A stretch of DNA of 63,092 nucleotides, counting the filler, from Phoronis australis (taxonomy: Eukaryota > Animalia > Phoronida), in the NCBI GenBank assembly GCA_002633005.1. It is 5 parts of 5 records of this genome, joined end to end, with 100 filler letters (N's around TTAATTAATTAA, not from the genome) between each part and the next. Parts side by side here need not be neighbours in the genome. Positions count along the whole stretch, not along the records: positions 1 to 30,302 come from NMRA01000440.1; 4 more parts are not named here. One strand, given 5' to 3'. The position numbers and the translations under genes are program-made. The notes beneath the pieces are model-generated. The model was not told where the DNA came from, did not search any database, and was given only the letters and a program-made list of their open reading frames with translations. Below, one piece after another: positions 1-12,796 of the stretch (its first letter is position 1; every line of letters starts with the position of its first letter).

Positions 1-450
1 GACGATGGCGATTCAGCGACATAGGCCTATCAGTCGGCAAGTTTTCGCCCTGGGATGAGCACAATTTTTCGAAAAATGATCGTAATTTAACAACGGAGTT
101 TGATAGCAATGCACAACAATTTTGTAGAAAGACTGTCATAGGCTACAAATACGTCACAGAGCGTAAATTTGATGAATCTTAGCTTCCGATTTTACCCGTG
201 TGGGAAACCGGGTTTCAACTGACTTAGGCAATAAGCATCCCCTCCCCGTGAAATGAATTTTTCTAAGCGTTTATTAGAGCCAATACAGTATACAGCTTTC
301 CACCAAGGCTAGGTGACGCTACAACATTATTCTTTGTTTCATTAGTTAACTGGTCTTGGCTAATTATCATTTTATGGCCTGGTCATCCATTCAGCCAAAA
401 GTAGTTCCAGAGGTGGCTTATCAGCCAATTATTCACGCATACTGACTCAC

Positions 451-583
451 AATAGAAGCCTGATAAGAGTGAAGGTGGATAAATGGGGTGTTCCTACAGT
501 TTCTTGTGGTAGTGGATGTATTCACGACATGTTGAGTTTTACTCATCACCAGGCTCCCGGCTGCGGTATGTGACTTATAAACA
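451..583 (-). CDS. Possible downstream exon of the WSC+PKD gene (VYKSHTAAGSLVMSK...HSYQASI)
   Basis: ctttctag acceptor, gtgagt donor, single open frame (phase 2-0); no recognisable motif and connecting exon not found. Confidence 0.35.
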
Positions 584-3500
584 CTAGAAAGGTCAACATT
601 TAATAAATCTAACACAAAACAACCACGTTGTATGAATTTGAGCTATATAATTATAATTTTATCCACTGCGTAAGTTTTAGAACAAAATGAAAATCATTTT
701 CTCCAATGTGACGATAAAAGTTAGTCAAGTAAAAAAACGGGCGCTCTGGTTCTCGGGTGAAGCATCATCATACTAGCTGCCTTTGTGCGGCAAAGCTGTA
801 TATTTAGTATAGCAAAACTGTATACTAAATATACAGCTTTGTGCCGATGTGGGTAAGAAACTGAACATCTAAAATCTTCACCCAGCGAATTTGTGTTATT
901 AATGACACTCTTCCTTGAGTAAACTAAATTATTTCATCGGTGATAACTATATTGGAATGTGTTTATATCCTGTAGTTACATAATATTCTATCCTGTTGTT
1001 GTTTATGGTTTACTGGTTCCTGTTTTGTAGTAGTCAGTACTGTATTAGTCATATATTCCTAGAACCTATTGACTTCCTGTACATTTCTGTATATATTCTA
1101 TTATTTGTTGATATCAATACACTTTTAGTTCGACTTTTCAATCGGCACTCAAGAAAAATTGTCGTTCTGTCATTATTCTGCATTCTCTTAAGTCGGCTTA
1201 CATTGGCCGGTTCCCCCCCCCCCCAATACTTCAGTCAACTGTTCTTCTACAAGGTTGCGTACCTGGCACAACAAATTATCGAAACTGGTTTCATTTCGTT
1301 GTAAGTTTTTAGTATTTTAATACCAGCAAACCGAGTTTCAGAACAAATCTTGTTGCCGCAAAGTTGTCATCATCTTCCAAAAGACTTATTAACCTGTTCA
1401 CATTACAATAGTTCATAGATTGTTTTTCACTCAAGCGGTTGTAACCTGCAAGGTGAGTGTTGGTTGACGTCTGGATTTTGCATGTGCCTGCGCCCGTCGC
1501 GCGCTCTACTACATGTTTCATGACGAGGTGAATAGCAGAACTACCCGGGCTGTGGGAAATTTCGGGAATGTAACGGAGCTCAATAACGCTAAGCTGTCAA
1601 GCTTTATTTTGGTGATAGTCTTTACACAGCTATCTAACCGGTTACGTCATAACCCGCAGTATCACACAAAGGCCTTAACTACTCAGTCCCCGGCGGTCCT
1701 GTTTTGTGGTGGGGCGGTCATGTTTTTAGGTGCGTCAGTTCTGTTTTGGGTGAGTCGGTCCGATTTAGAGGACCGGCGGTCATGTTGTTTCTCACCCGTG
1801 AGCTAGATGAGTAACATTACCCTATGTTGTTTGGACTCTTAGCTAAAGTAGTATCATTACACAATGTTGATTGGACTATCAGCTAGACTTAGTAACATTA
1901 ACCTTAAGCAACAGGTAGCCTCTCGGTTGGCTGGATAGAGGCTACAATACCTCTCATTGCTTTCTGTACAAATATCGTTGCGTGTAAGTGAAATCTGCTC
2001 ACCGACTTAAGTTTTCACATCAAAAATACATTTTACACTTAAAACTATGGCTTCAAAAGGGCTTACTTTCTTCAGCAATACGTTCTGGTTCTGTACATGT
2101 CTATGGCGAAGCATGGCTATGGGAATTTAAGAAGACTTTGGCAAAGAATTTGTACGATTTGTATACCACGGATTGTTTGTTCGTCAACAGGCTTGATTTC
2201 ACATAAGTTCCTCAAAATGGCACCCGGTTGAAGAAGCTCGTTCGACCCGTGACAGATTTTCATGTATATGTTCAAATTATGTTGATTAAATCGTATCCAG
2301 AGACATGACATCTGTTATTATAACTCCATGTGCATAAATGCATGTTTCATTCAATTTTATTCACTGTAATTCAAGATGAAAAATTTTTTATGGGGATATA
2401 CTATCGCCCCTGTATGCCTGCGGCATTCAGGGCGGCATTCAGGGCGATGTACTTACCTACATTAACATATGTTGTTTGGACTCTCAGCTAGATTAATAAC
2501 ATTCACCCATGTTGTTTCAGTCACAGAAATGAAACACAGCCAATCTGCATAACTTCAGTTTGGTGACTATGCTCATATGGGATTTATTAATGTAAGCCTC
2601 ATCACATATTTTACACAAATGTGATGAAAAAAAAACTGGAAACCACACAAAAAACTGCCAAGGCAGTTTCCAAATTCTAATCAGTTTCCACAACTCCTGC
2701 AGTGAAACAACACAACTTAGCTGAAATGTTTAAACCTGTTGTCACCTTCTCAGTCCCTCATCCACCAAGTACATCTCGTCCCACCGCGACCATAGCCTCC
2801 TCTGTTGGGTCACTCTGCTATCTTATCACAGAACAACCCTCAGCTTAAATTACCCCTATTTTTCCCTTGTGATAAAGTTGCCAAGGTTCACCTGCACAAC
2901 AGGATTAGAGTCACACCTATTCCCTGGCTGCAACAGTACAAGACAGGCCCCGAACAAGGATGGAACGGTGAACGTAATCTCATCCACTTCAGAAGGAGTG
3001 TTGCTAATGAGAAAGTCCAGTAACATGGATAGAGAGCCAGCGGTGGAAAGCTAATAACTAAACTATGCAGGCTATCAAGTCAGCATTAAGGTTTTAATGG
3101 AAAAGGATAGAAAACTTGTGATAACCTGTCTTGGATTACCTAGTGTTAAGAGGGACAATCAGGCAATTGATACAAAAGAAAAGTCAAACCACTGTAACAC
3201 TTAGACATTTACCATAATGAAACCAGTTAACTCAAAAGTTGGAAAAATGAAAGTGAATGAAAGCCACCAGTGTAGGTGTGGCCAAGAATACTTATACCCG
3301 CAATTTCCTGCAAAGCCAAACTAAAAAAATACAAGTAAAACCAGAGAAACGCGGAGCATTGAAAATTGGCCACGGCTGCACTACAAACAGTGTGCTTCTA
3401 GTAGTGATTTCTAAAATAAAAACGGCCATTAGAAGGCACAGAATACATTGAACCCATCCAAAACCTGGGAAGGTGTCTCCGCCTCTCAAAATTATTTGCC

Positions 3501-3827
3501 GAAATTCATCAAAATTCATCAAAGAACTCCAAAGATACAAAGGTAAACAGAAAAAGTAAACAAACTGCCATTAGGAACGACAGTAGTAACTGCATCCCAC
3601 CATCCCCTTTCAAGTTAATAGGAATACAATTACAAAATTTAAAAACATCTTTCAAGGGGTTTAAGAGGTATCTCCATAGATGCGAAAATGTGTCACCAGG
3701 GGACACTACAGTAGTTGGACCCATTTGAAAATCCACGTCAGTCATACTCTTGTCAGTAGGAACACATAATACCACAAGTACATGAATGTAATGCATCGTT
3801 TATCATACCTTACATTATAACGCACCT

Positions 3828-5460
3828 ATTCTTTATAGACAACATTCTGAGTATTTCTCCTTGCTGCATTGTTGGCACCACTTGAACGTAGATGTCCCAG
3901 AAGTCTTGAGCTTGGGAGAAGGTGACATAGAGTTGTCCATGTGCAAATACAGGGTCAGGCAAGTAAATGCCGAGTCTGGTGAACGTCTGTCCCCGAGGCT
4001 TATTAACAGTCTTTGAATAGGGTAACCTAATGGGGAACGGTGTACGTTATAATATGAAGGGAAGCCATTTGCTATTTCTGCATCCAGAACATTGTCAAGG
4101 AGATGGCAAAAGATGAGTCTTGTACCAATACACAGACCTGATTTCACATCAAAGATACGGAGGAGCATAACGATGGCACCAGGCTTGAGAAGGAGGTGAT
4201 GTAGGGGCATTCCTGTTGGTGTGATGCAATTCGAGATTTTTAGCAGTTAATTGTCACCTTCTTCCTCGTTATCGGCAATGGCCTTGTCCGCGCTCAGATA
4301 AATTGTCAACCGTCCAAGAAATTTGGCTATGATGGAGTCATTGAGGGCAAGAGTTGTGTCGTTCTTCGGGGTCAGGATTGGCACGTCTCTCAGGCTCTTA
4401 GGGCTCCTTAAGTCTAGAAAGACTGCTGCAACAATGTCTTTTACGATGTTGCATTGCGTATGCATGGTTACTCTAGCAGCCGTTTTGTTGTTGCCATTTC
4501 CTAGTCCACCGTTGCCTAGCTTTAGAAGCCACTGTGAGAAACGATTGCTGTTTTCTCCAGCACAGTAATTTTCTGTCAGTTTGAACATCTGGAAGTGGCT
4601 CTACTGTTATGAACATTTAACAGTTCTCCACTAAGATGGTTCTTGACTGCCAAGGAACCAGAGGCACAACCTGACAAACATCACCTCCAATTACAAATAT
4701 TTGCCACCAGTGATGTCTTGTAACATGCCACCAAATGCCATCAGAGCATTTGCAAGAACCATTGATGCCTGGTCAATAGTAAAGACTGCTACCAATGGCA
4801 GATGTTCTTCATGCTTGGATGCAGTGGAGACATGGCATGGTGACCAACACTGAGACAGGGGGCTTGCACATATTGTGTACACTCCTTCCTACAGCCATTA
4901 GAAAAGCTGCTATACCTGTCCAAGCACAGGACACCACGCCAATAGCAGTAGTGTGACATGATGATATAATTGTTTTATAGGCCGTCGTCTTTCCCCTACT
5001 TCCTTTAAAAAGAACATTGGGCTGCAGTGAACAGTTGTCCTCGACCACATGGTGTAAAACTGTGTTGACAAACAGTCGATGCTCACCACTAAAAATCTCC
5101 ATCATCTTCGCAGCAGCAGATGGGATTTCACGTAGGGCTAGATCAGCAGGAGGCAGACCTATGCTATTCAAAGTAATACTGCACAGCATACAGAGCACGC
5201 TGAATGCCAGTTTCACATGTGTTGCCATGGTGAAGAAAGTCCTCCATGAAATTATCGTTGCACTCCTCCCATAACTTCAGATGTTGGAGTGGATTGCTGT
5301 GTGAACAGATAGTGGCAAAGAGAGAGCGCAGTGGCCTTGGCATTTGAAACACAGCAGCTTCTACGAGACACCTGTCTCACTCTGAATCGTCTGTCTGCAG
5401 ATGAGTGGAATACATGCCTCTTTAAATGTATCTAGAACTTGTCCCTGGTCTTCAAACGAT
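3828..5460 (-). mobile_element. Decayed Helitron RepHel (PIF1-family helicase half), multiply frameshifted
   Basis: Ordered fragments FQMPRPLRSLFATIC..LWE, GKT..SCAWTGIAAFLM..GRSVH, IDQASM, KLTEN..FSQWLLKLGNG, ILTPKN, MPLHHLLLKPGAIVMLLR..GLCIGTRL, INK..GQT..PVFAHGQLYV, terminal NVVYKE*. Confidence 0.92.
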
Positions 5461-5571
5461 GGTTAGATTTGTTGTCCCATCTGTTGGTAATAGCACTACA
5501 ACTCACGGCCTTGTCAAAACACCACCACAGTGATTAATGACTTGTTGGATACAATGATGTTCAACAACAGT

Positions 5572-5810
5572 AACCACGGTGACCAAGCACTTGTTGGATA
5601 CAATGATGTTCTAATATTCTGTCCTCTTTAGTCAGTTTCAAACTTTCAGATATGTCAAATACAATGTGAAACACATCTAGTTTGTGTTTCAGGGGTTAGT
5701 GTGAACTTACAGTCCAAGCAGTGGTCTGTGTGGGATGTCTTCCTATACACTGACAATATAACTGTAGTATCATCTTTCCAGACAGTGAGAGTATCTATAG
5801 AGGTAATCTT
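5572..5810 (-). mobile_element. Penelope-like retroelement RT/thumb fragment
   Basis: DTLTVWKDD...SVYRKTSHTDHCL (frameshift) SH*PLKHKL...EDR..EHHCIQQVLGHRGY matches the PLE VYRK.THTD.YL...SHHP..HK...GY pattern. Confidence 0.75.
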
Positions 5811-5885
5811 TCATCAAACACCAGCTCACAAGAAGGCTCTTGGTGCAATCCACTTGGTCAAAGTGGTCAGTTAGACAATTAACCT

Positions 5886-6945
5886 ACCGTAGTCGGCCTC
5901 ATCAACGCCCATGCCCCTATCAGTTTCCCCCCCCCCACGCGTTTTCAGACTTTGCTAAAATAAGCGCCCAGTCCATGAACGCTGTGTACATGTGAAAAAT
6001 GCCTTACCTACAGTTCTAACCATCTTCAATTTATCAATAAGACCCGACAGTCATGAAAAAATCATTGTGCACGGAATTTGTAGACCACAAACCTCGTCAC
6101 TATGTCGGTATTTCGCCGTGACTATACACTTCAATCTTCCGCCGCGCTTCTAAACGAACGCAAGCGCGTATCGAAGACTAATAAAAACTTGATCTTTGTT
6201 CAGTTAAAAGCACGTGGCCGTGAAGCGCGCGCTACTGACAAGTACATGTCATCGAAGATTAATCTTCGGGTACTACCTATTCAAGAAACAGGTAGCATAG
6301 TATCAGCAAGAAATAGATACTGGCATTATTTCCGAAAGTTTCTAATACTGTAAAAAACATTTGCATTATTCTTAAGGGGGAATTATTAACGTAGTCGTAA
6401 TTGGTATTTTTAATGTCAAAATGACTCACTATGGTAAACACTTCCGCACCCTTACACCCCCGAATCTCTCGAAAAGTGTTAGACTGTCAAGCAACCAGTC
6501 ACCCGGCGACTCAATGATATCGGCCTTACCGAGACAATTTTCGAACGTTTTATAACAGATGAGATCAACAAGTGCTAAATAAAACACGTTCTGCTTTACT
6601 GCTTAGGTTAATTTGCTTAGTTTACTCTAACTAATGAATTCCCATCGGATGACACGCACACACTCGCTCACTCACACAATACACAGACAAACTTCGAAAC
6701 AAAGATCACGTGACAACAACATGCGTGTTCAAGATTTTTCTCGTATTCCGGAGTACGACCTAGCGCAGATTTGGACATAATATTCTGTTAATCCCGACTC
6801 CACAAGAACTTAAAAATATTAGGGACGCTATTTTGAAAACTTAAGGGAGGACTTCAGGTAATATGTTGCGTCAAAACTATATTTTTAATCAAGAATTCAA
6901 GTTGACCTATAGACGATCGCTAGGCAGTGACGCATCAGTCAGCAA
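5886..6945 (+). mobile_element. Non-autonomous DNA transposon (TA-CCGTA/TACAG-TA ends, Tc1/mariner-pogo-like), 5' part; other pieces of the family at 1-290 (+), 7536-7872 (-), ~40500-41245 (+)
   Basis: Shared blocks e.g. gcgtaaatttgatgaatc, ccgactccaca.gaacttaaa, gtcaaaactatattttta between copies. Confidence 0.65.
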
Positions 6946-7499
6946 TTTTTTGTAAAGATCCTGCAAACGGTTTAGGAGATACAGCCATAGGCCCAAAAAA
7001 CCAAAACTGCCACTAGGAGGCGCCACAATAGTTGAAATCGTCGGAAAATCATCGTCAACCGTCCTCTTCATAGTAAGCACATGCGTGCTAATTTTCACAA
7101 TCATCCTTTGAGTGGTTTGGTTGATAGAGGGGTGGACGCAAAAAAAAAGTGAAAATGGTCACTAGGTGGCGCAAACTACGTCGAATCCCTCCGAAAACGG
7201 GAGTATAGCGTAATCTCACTAACAGGTGCCTACATACCAAATTTCATGAAAATCCATTCTGGACTTTTGAAGATACAAAGGTAAGCGTAAAAAACTAAAA
7301 TTGCCACTAGGGGGCACACCGGTAGTCGGATCCGTCCGAATGTTCGCTCATGCTGTCCCATTCATGAATGGAACATGTGTGCCAAATTTCATGAACGTAT
7401 GTCAAAGGGTTTTGGAGATAGAACAGCGGACGCCGGACACCACGGACAGAGATGACGGCATTATGCATCCACATATAAATATGTGGGTACATAAAAATC
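6946..7499 (-). mobile_element. Helentron-associated non-autonomous element (HINE), 5' portion
   Basis: 5' hairpin atgcatccacata-taaa-tatgtgggtacat, three ~147-bp internal units; aligns with 44510-45084. Confidence 0.8.
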
Positions 7500-8549
7500 A
7501 TCGTTGGTGTGTTGATGTCACCGTCTATTAGGGCTACAGTATTCGCCCTAATAAGAGCCCAGGGTGCTTAGAAAAATTCGTTTCGAAAGAGGGTGCTTCT
7601 TGTAGCCTAAGGCGGTTGAAACCCGGTCTCTGAAATGGGTGAAATCGGAAGTTTGGATTCATCAAATTTACGCGCTGTGCCGTATCTGTAGCCTATGACA
7701 GACTTTCTACAAAACTGGTGCATTGCTATCAATTACGATCTTTTTTAAAAAAAAATGTGCTGAAATCTCAGGACAAAATCTTGCCGACTGATGCATCGCT
7801 GCCTTGCGATCATCTATAGGGCAACTTGAATTCTTGAGTAAAAATACAGTTTCGACTCAACAAATTACCTTAAATCTAGGCAACACGTAGCCCCTCGGTT
7901 GGGGCTACAATACTTTCCATTGCTTTCTGTATGCATTTCGTCCTGTGTATTTTAAACAGGCAGTAGGCCAAATCCAGCCACCGATTTGGAGTTTTCACCT
8001 CATCAAAAATACATTTTACACTCAAAACTATCACTTAAAAATGAGCATACTTTCTTCAGTGATCCTTTCTACTTCTACACATATCTTCGATGAAGCATAT
8101 CTACTAGAATTAAGGTGACTTTGGAGAAGAATTCCAACTCTACTTTTTGAACACCTTTAACTTTTTCACCCCGCGCGCACGAGATAACCACAAAATATTT
8201 CAAGGGAGTTAGGCTAAGGCTAGCACGAGACTGAGCGAAGCGCATGACCTGGCGCGTGACACTTGCAAAATAGCATGACGTTCACCTTTAAGGCTACTTG
8301 GTGCAAATGGAATGTACAACATGCCAAATGCAACATAACATTCCTTTACTGATTGGAGAACCTGGTTAAAACTAATGGCATGACCACACACTCTAGTCAC
8401 CAAGTAAAGACAACAATATATCATTCCAACATATGAAGTACAATCAAAAGCAGCCTCCACACTAATGGTAATCACATCGGTACATCTGAGACAACAAATA
8501 TACAATGACTAGCACACGCACGTATACACACACAAACAAACCTACTCAC

Positions 8550-8690
8550 CAACACTGAATTTGCCATGTGTTGTGAACGTGTGCTGAACAACCAACTGAA
8601 CACGTCTATTATCAGCAGTAAGGGCTTGAGTGTAAGTAGTGTTGTCCGAGAAGTGCCATTCAAGAACTAGTGAGGATGAGTTGGAAACAT
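8550..8690 (-). CDS. PKD-like domain exon (LEWHFSDNTT...VQHTFTTHGKFSV)
   Basis: ttacag / gtgagt, 141 nt, phase 1-1; W-x-F-x-D and H-T-F-x3-G-x-F-x-V PKD-type pattern. Confidence 0.72.
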
Positions 8691-8729
8691 CTGTAAATAC
8701 AACCAACAAAATCACTAAGTGTTCTTGTG

Positions 8730-10515
8730 ACTCCACACATGTGTATCAGTAAGTGTAGATGTACATCCACACTGGTGTATCACTAAGTGTTAACGTAAAT
8801 CCACACAGGTGTATCACTAAGTGTAGACCTACATCCACTCAGGTGTATCACTAAGTGTTAAAGGCGAAGGCAACCTTTTTCCATGAAATTTTGAACTAAA
8901 ATAAGGTTGGTTGGTTATCCTAGACATATTTTCCACTTAATTACAGCTTTTCGTAATTTTATAGATTACTCGTCCGCTACTCCGGAAGTGACGCTTTAGG
9001 AGGCAAGCGTTTCCCGCCACTTGGTTTTGCGTTGACTTTACCGTGCGAATCTGTTCTATTCTACTTTTGTTTTGTGCTGTTTTTCAACAATTGTCGCCAC
9101 CACTTTCCATCGGCGAGTATTCTGCGGCAAGATAGGTTAGTAGAGAACTCAACTANNNNNNNNNNNNNNNNNNNNNNNNNNNNNNNNNNNNNNNNNNNNN
9201 NNNNNNNNNNNNNNNNNNNNNNNNNNNNNNNNNNNNNNNNNNNNNNNNNNNNNNNNNNNNNNNNNNNNNNNNNNNNNNNNNNNNNNNNNNNNNNNNNNNN
9301 NNNNNNNNNNNNNNNNNNNNNNNNNNNNNNNNNNNNNNNNNNNNNNNNNNNNNNNNNNNNNNNNNNNNNNNNNNNNNNNNNNNNNNNNNNNNNNNNNNNN
9401 NNNNNNNNNNNNNNNNNNNNNNNNNNNNNNNNNNNNNNNNNNNNNNNNNNNNNNNNNNNNNNNNNNNNNNNNNNNNNNNNNNNNNNNNNNNNNNNNNNNN
9501 NNNNNNNNNNNNNNNNNNNNNNNNNNNNNNNNNNNNNNNNNNNNNNNNNNNNNNNNNNNNNNNNNNNNNNNNNNNNNNNNNNNNNNNNNNNNNNNNNNNN
9601 NNNNNNNNNNNNNNNNNNNNNNNNNNNNNNNNNNNNNNNNNNNNNNNNNNNNNNNNNNNNNNNNNNNNNNNNNNNNNNNNNNNNNNNNNNNNNNNNNNNN
9701 NNNNNNNNNNNNNNNNNNNNNNNNNNNNNNNNNNNNNNNNNNNNNNNNNNNNNNNNNNNNNNNNNNNNNNNNNNNNNNNNNNNNNNNNNNNNNNNNNNNN
9801 NNNNNNNNNNNNNNNNNNNNNNNNNNNNNNNNNNNNNNNNNNNNNNNNNNNNNNNNNNNNNNNNNNNNNNNNNNNNNNNNNNNNNNNNNNNNNNNNNNNN
9901 NNNNNNNNNNNNNNNNNNNNNNNNNNNNNNNNNNNNNNNNNNNNNNNNNNNNNNNNNNNNNNNNNNNNNNNNNNNNNNNNNNNNNNNNNNNNNNNNNNNN
10001 NNNNNNNNNNNNNNNNNNNNNNNNNTTGACTGACTAGTAAATGAAAGCAAACGACGACGGAACTTAACACAACCGAGGTAGAACAATGACTGACTCGGCA
10101 GCTCTCACAGTCAGACTATATGAAAAGAAATTGGCGCGAAATGCTTGCCTCCTAAAACGTCACTTCCGGAAGAGCAGACGAGTAATTAATAAAATTACGA
10201 AAAGCTGTAATTAAGTGGAAAATATGTCTAGGATAACCAACCAACCTTATTTTAGCTCAAAATGACATGGAAAAAGGTTGCCTTCACCTTTAACGTAAAT
10301 CCACACAGGTGTATCACTAAGTGTAGACCTACATCCACACAGGTGTATCACTAAGTGTTGACGTACATCCACACAGGTGTAACATGACGTACATCCACAC
10401 AGGTGTATCACTAAGTGTTGACGTACATCCACACAGGTGTAACACTAAGTGTTGACGTACATCCACACTGGAGTGTATCACTAAGTGTTGATGTACGTCC
10501 ACACTGGAGTGTTCA
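8730..10515. repeat. 33-bp minisatellite (gtgtatcactaagtgttgacgtacatccacacag-like), split by Kolobok insertion
   Basis: ~4 units at 8730-8860 and ~7 units at 10290-10515. Confidence 0.9.
8862..10289. mobile_element. Kolobok-type DNA transposon copy 1 (non-autonomous, centre in N gap)
   Basis: TTAA duplication at 8858-8861 and 10290-10293, AGG..CCT termini, ~160-bp TIRs; inserted in a minisatellite whose unit is restored on removal. Confidence 0.85.
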
Positions 10516-10664
10516 CTTGATTACAACCAACTTCAGTTACAATGATCATTAGGACAAATGTTCCATTTTGATAAATATGTCAATATTCTTATCACCTTGA
10601 AACCGTTCCTCCGCTACTTACTATCAAATCCAAAACAAAACATTTTCAAGTAAACTCAACTCAC

Positions 10665-10831
10665 CAGTGAAAGCAGCTGGGTTGTCAGCCAATAGCAGGT
10701 CTGCTTCAAACGAGATTGAGCGTCCAACAGCCACAACATGCATATGGAAGATAGAAGCATGGACCAAGTATGGACCAGCCGCAGAATACACACTGACCAC
10801 TGACTGGCCACCACACGGTAGGCTATCACAG
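10665..10831 (-). CDS. WSC domain end (CDSLPCGGQSVVSVY) and start of PKD/Ig-like domain
   Basis: cctcag / gtgagt, 167 nt, phase 2-1; CGG...SVY WSC C-terminal signature. Confidence 0.8.
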
Positions 10832-11191
10832 CTGAGGAAAATAAAAAAATCAACAATGACATGACTCCAACATGAAAAATTCAACTATCCTCCTTTAATG
10901 AGGTAGAAAAACAAATGTCTATATTTCAAAACGGGGTACCGTCCCACGATCAGAATATCCTCATGTTATTCTTTGACACCCACACAGAACAAACTATGCT
11001 TTCACAGCTGTACAATTTTCTCGGTGGGTATTTTCATTCAAAATTTCCTTTCACATTCTTTGTTGAATAGATAAAGAAGTATAACAGTCACTCATACGAA
11101 TGCTGCATTTTGAGAACCACAACCAGGCAACAAACTGGTTCTCAAGATGCAAGACCCTAGTGTAAGTGACTATTGTCGAAGACCCAATTAC

Positions 11192-11284
11192 CTTGCATGG
11201 CATAGACTAGAGGAAGCGGGTGTGAGGTGATGACTTGATGTACACAGACATAACGAAGCATTATGGATGGCAGCAATGGTAGCA
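11192..11284 (-). CDS. WSC domain, middle exon (ATIAAIHNASLCLCTSSHHLTPASSSLCHA)
   Basis: ttacag / gtaatt, 93 nt, phase 2-2; CxC and following Cys fit WSC spacing; in frame with both neighbours. Confidence 0.78.
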
Positions 11285-11300
11285 CTGTAATAGAAATCAT

Positions 11301-11648
11301 ACAACTGTATCAGGCATGGTGAGATATCATGGCAGGAGACAACACAACTGTATCAGACATGGTGAGATATCATGGCAGGAGACAGCACAATTGTATCAGA
11401 CATGGTGAGATATCATGGCAGGAGACAGCACAACTGTATCAGACATGGTGAGATATCATGGCAGGAGACAGCACAACTGTATCAGACATGGTGAGATATC
11501 ATGGCAGGAGACAGCACAACTGTATCAGACATGGTGAGATATCATGACAGGAGACAGCACAACTGTATCAGACATGGTGAGATATTATGGCAGGAGACAG
11601 CACAACTGTATCAGGCATATGGAGAGGTTTCATGGCAGGAGACAACAC
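11301..11648. repeat. 43-bp minisatellite x ~8 (catggcaggagacagcacaactgtatcagacatggtgagatat)
   Basis: Direct tandem copies, e.g. starts 11328, 11371. Confidence 0.95.
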
Positions 11649-11671
11649 ACTCAACATATAGAATAGCAGTC

Positions 11672-11930
11672 TACGTACTCGACCAGTTTACAGCCCATGC
11701 TCGGCTTACCGCCCACCCCCGAAAATTTCAATTTCTCATTTTTAAGCGCCCATGTTCGGCTTACCGCCGACCCCCAAATTTTCATGACCGAGACTTCCGT
11801 AAAAGTATCTGTGCTTCTTTCAACGTTCGTCATACAAAATTAAGATTCCAAAACATGCGCAACTCGCTTACCTTTCCCTGACAATCAGTTTTAGTGGAAC
11901 CGGGACCTTGCCTTACTATGGCGGTAAAAT
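11672..11930 (+). mobile_element. MITE terminal fragment (mariner/pogo-like); inverted copy at ~15200-15466
   Basis: gcccatgctcggcttaccgcccacccccgaaaatttc shared in opposite orientation; both yield the spurious RLTAHPR ORFs. Confidence 0.7.
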
Positions 11931-12221
11931 ACCGGTATTCTCATGCCCTTTACTGAAGGAGACACAATTGTTTCCTTTGGCTCACGCGCGGAACTCGTGT
12001 CGGGAGGTACTGATCACTGAGACAGCGCTGGTCGAATGTACTTCATTTGCTGTATGTCAGAATATAGACTGACACTGTTTTTAGTTGTATTGTTTTGTTT
12101 CGATGTTCTGTTTGATTGGCATGACCCCTGAGTTAAGTACAATGATGATGCAATTTGTTTACTACACAATAGTATGAAACTTTCTAGTAGACTGAGTTCA
12201 GCAATGATGATGTAATTTTAT

Positions 12222-12651
12222 CAATCATCCTTTGAGCGGTTTGGTTGATCGAGGGGTGGACGCAAAAATACAGACTCGAAAACAGTAAAAATGGCCACTA
12301 GGTGGCGCAAACTACGTCGAATCCATCCGAAAATGGGAGGACAGCGTCATCTCACTAATAGGTGCCTACATACCAAATTTCATGAAAATCCGTTGAGGAC
12401 TTTTGAAGATACAAAGATAAGCGTAAAAAAACTAAAATTGCCACTAGGGGGCACACCGGATGTCGGATCCGTCCGAAAGTTCGCACATGCCGTCCCATTC
12501 ATGAATGGAACATATGTGCTAAATTTCATGGACGTATGTCAAAGGGTTTTGGAGATAAAGCAGTGGACGCCGGACACCGGATGGACGCCGCCCGGACGGA
12601 CGGACGATGACGGCATAATGCGTCCACATATAAATATGTGGGCGCATAAAA
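12222..12651 (-). mobile_element. HINE 5' portion (young copy)
   Basis: GGAC microsatellite and atgcgtccacata-taaa-tatgtgggcgcat hairpin; highly similar to 44660-45084. Confidence 0.85.
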
Positions 12652-12796
12652 ATCAATCCTTACAAATGTTTTGAACCAATTTTGTCAAACAACACACTTT
12701 CTAAAATTATTCCTTACTGAGATTAGAAGTGATATGCGCAATGATTTGCAAATCTACCCAAACGCTAAAGAAAACTAAAAGTTTTAAATTGCCAAA

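Noticed and set aside
2892-3051. Possible minus-strand exon LSTAGSLSMLLDF...NPVVQ
   Set aside because: Two frames open, weak splice signals, no motif, and phase does not link cleanly to 8550 or 583.
11301-11648. CRISPR-like regular repeats (also the 33-, 39-, 60- and 27-bp arrays)
   Set aside because: Head-to-tail units with no unique spacers, no cas genes, eukaryotic context.
7301-12674. Recurring ORFs LPLGGTP..DDGIMRPHINMWAHKN (also 44972)
   Set aside because: Antisense readings of the non-coding HINE 5' end; frames not conserved between copies.
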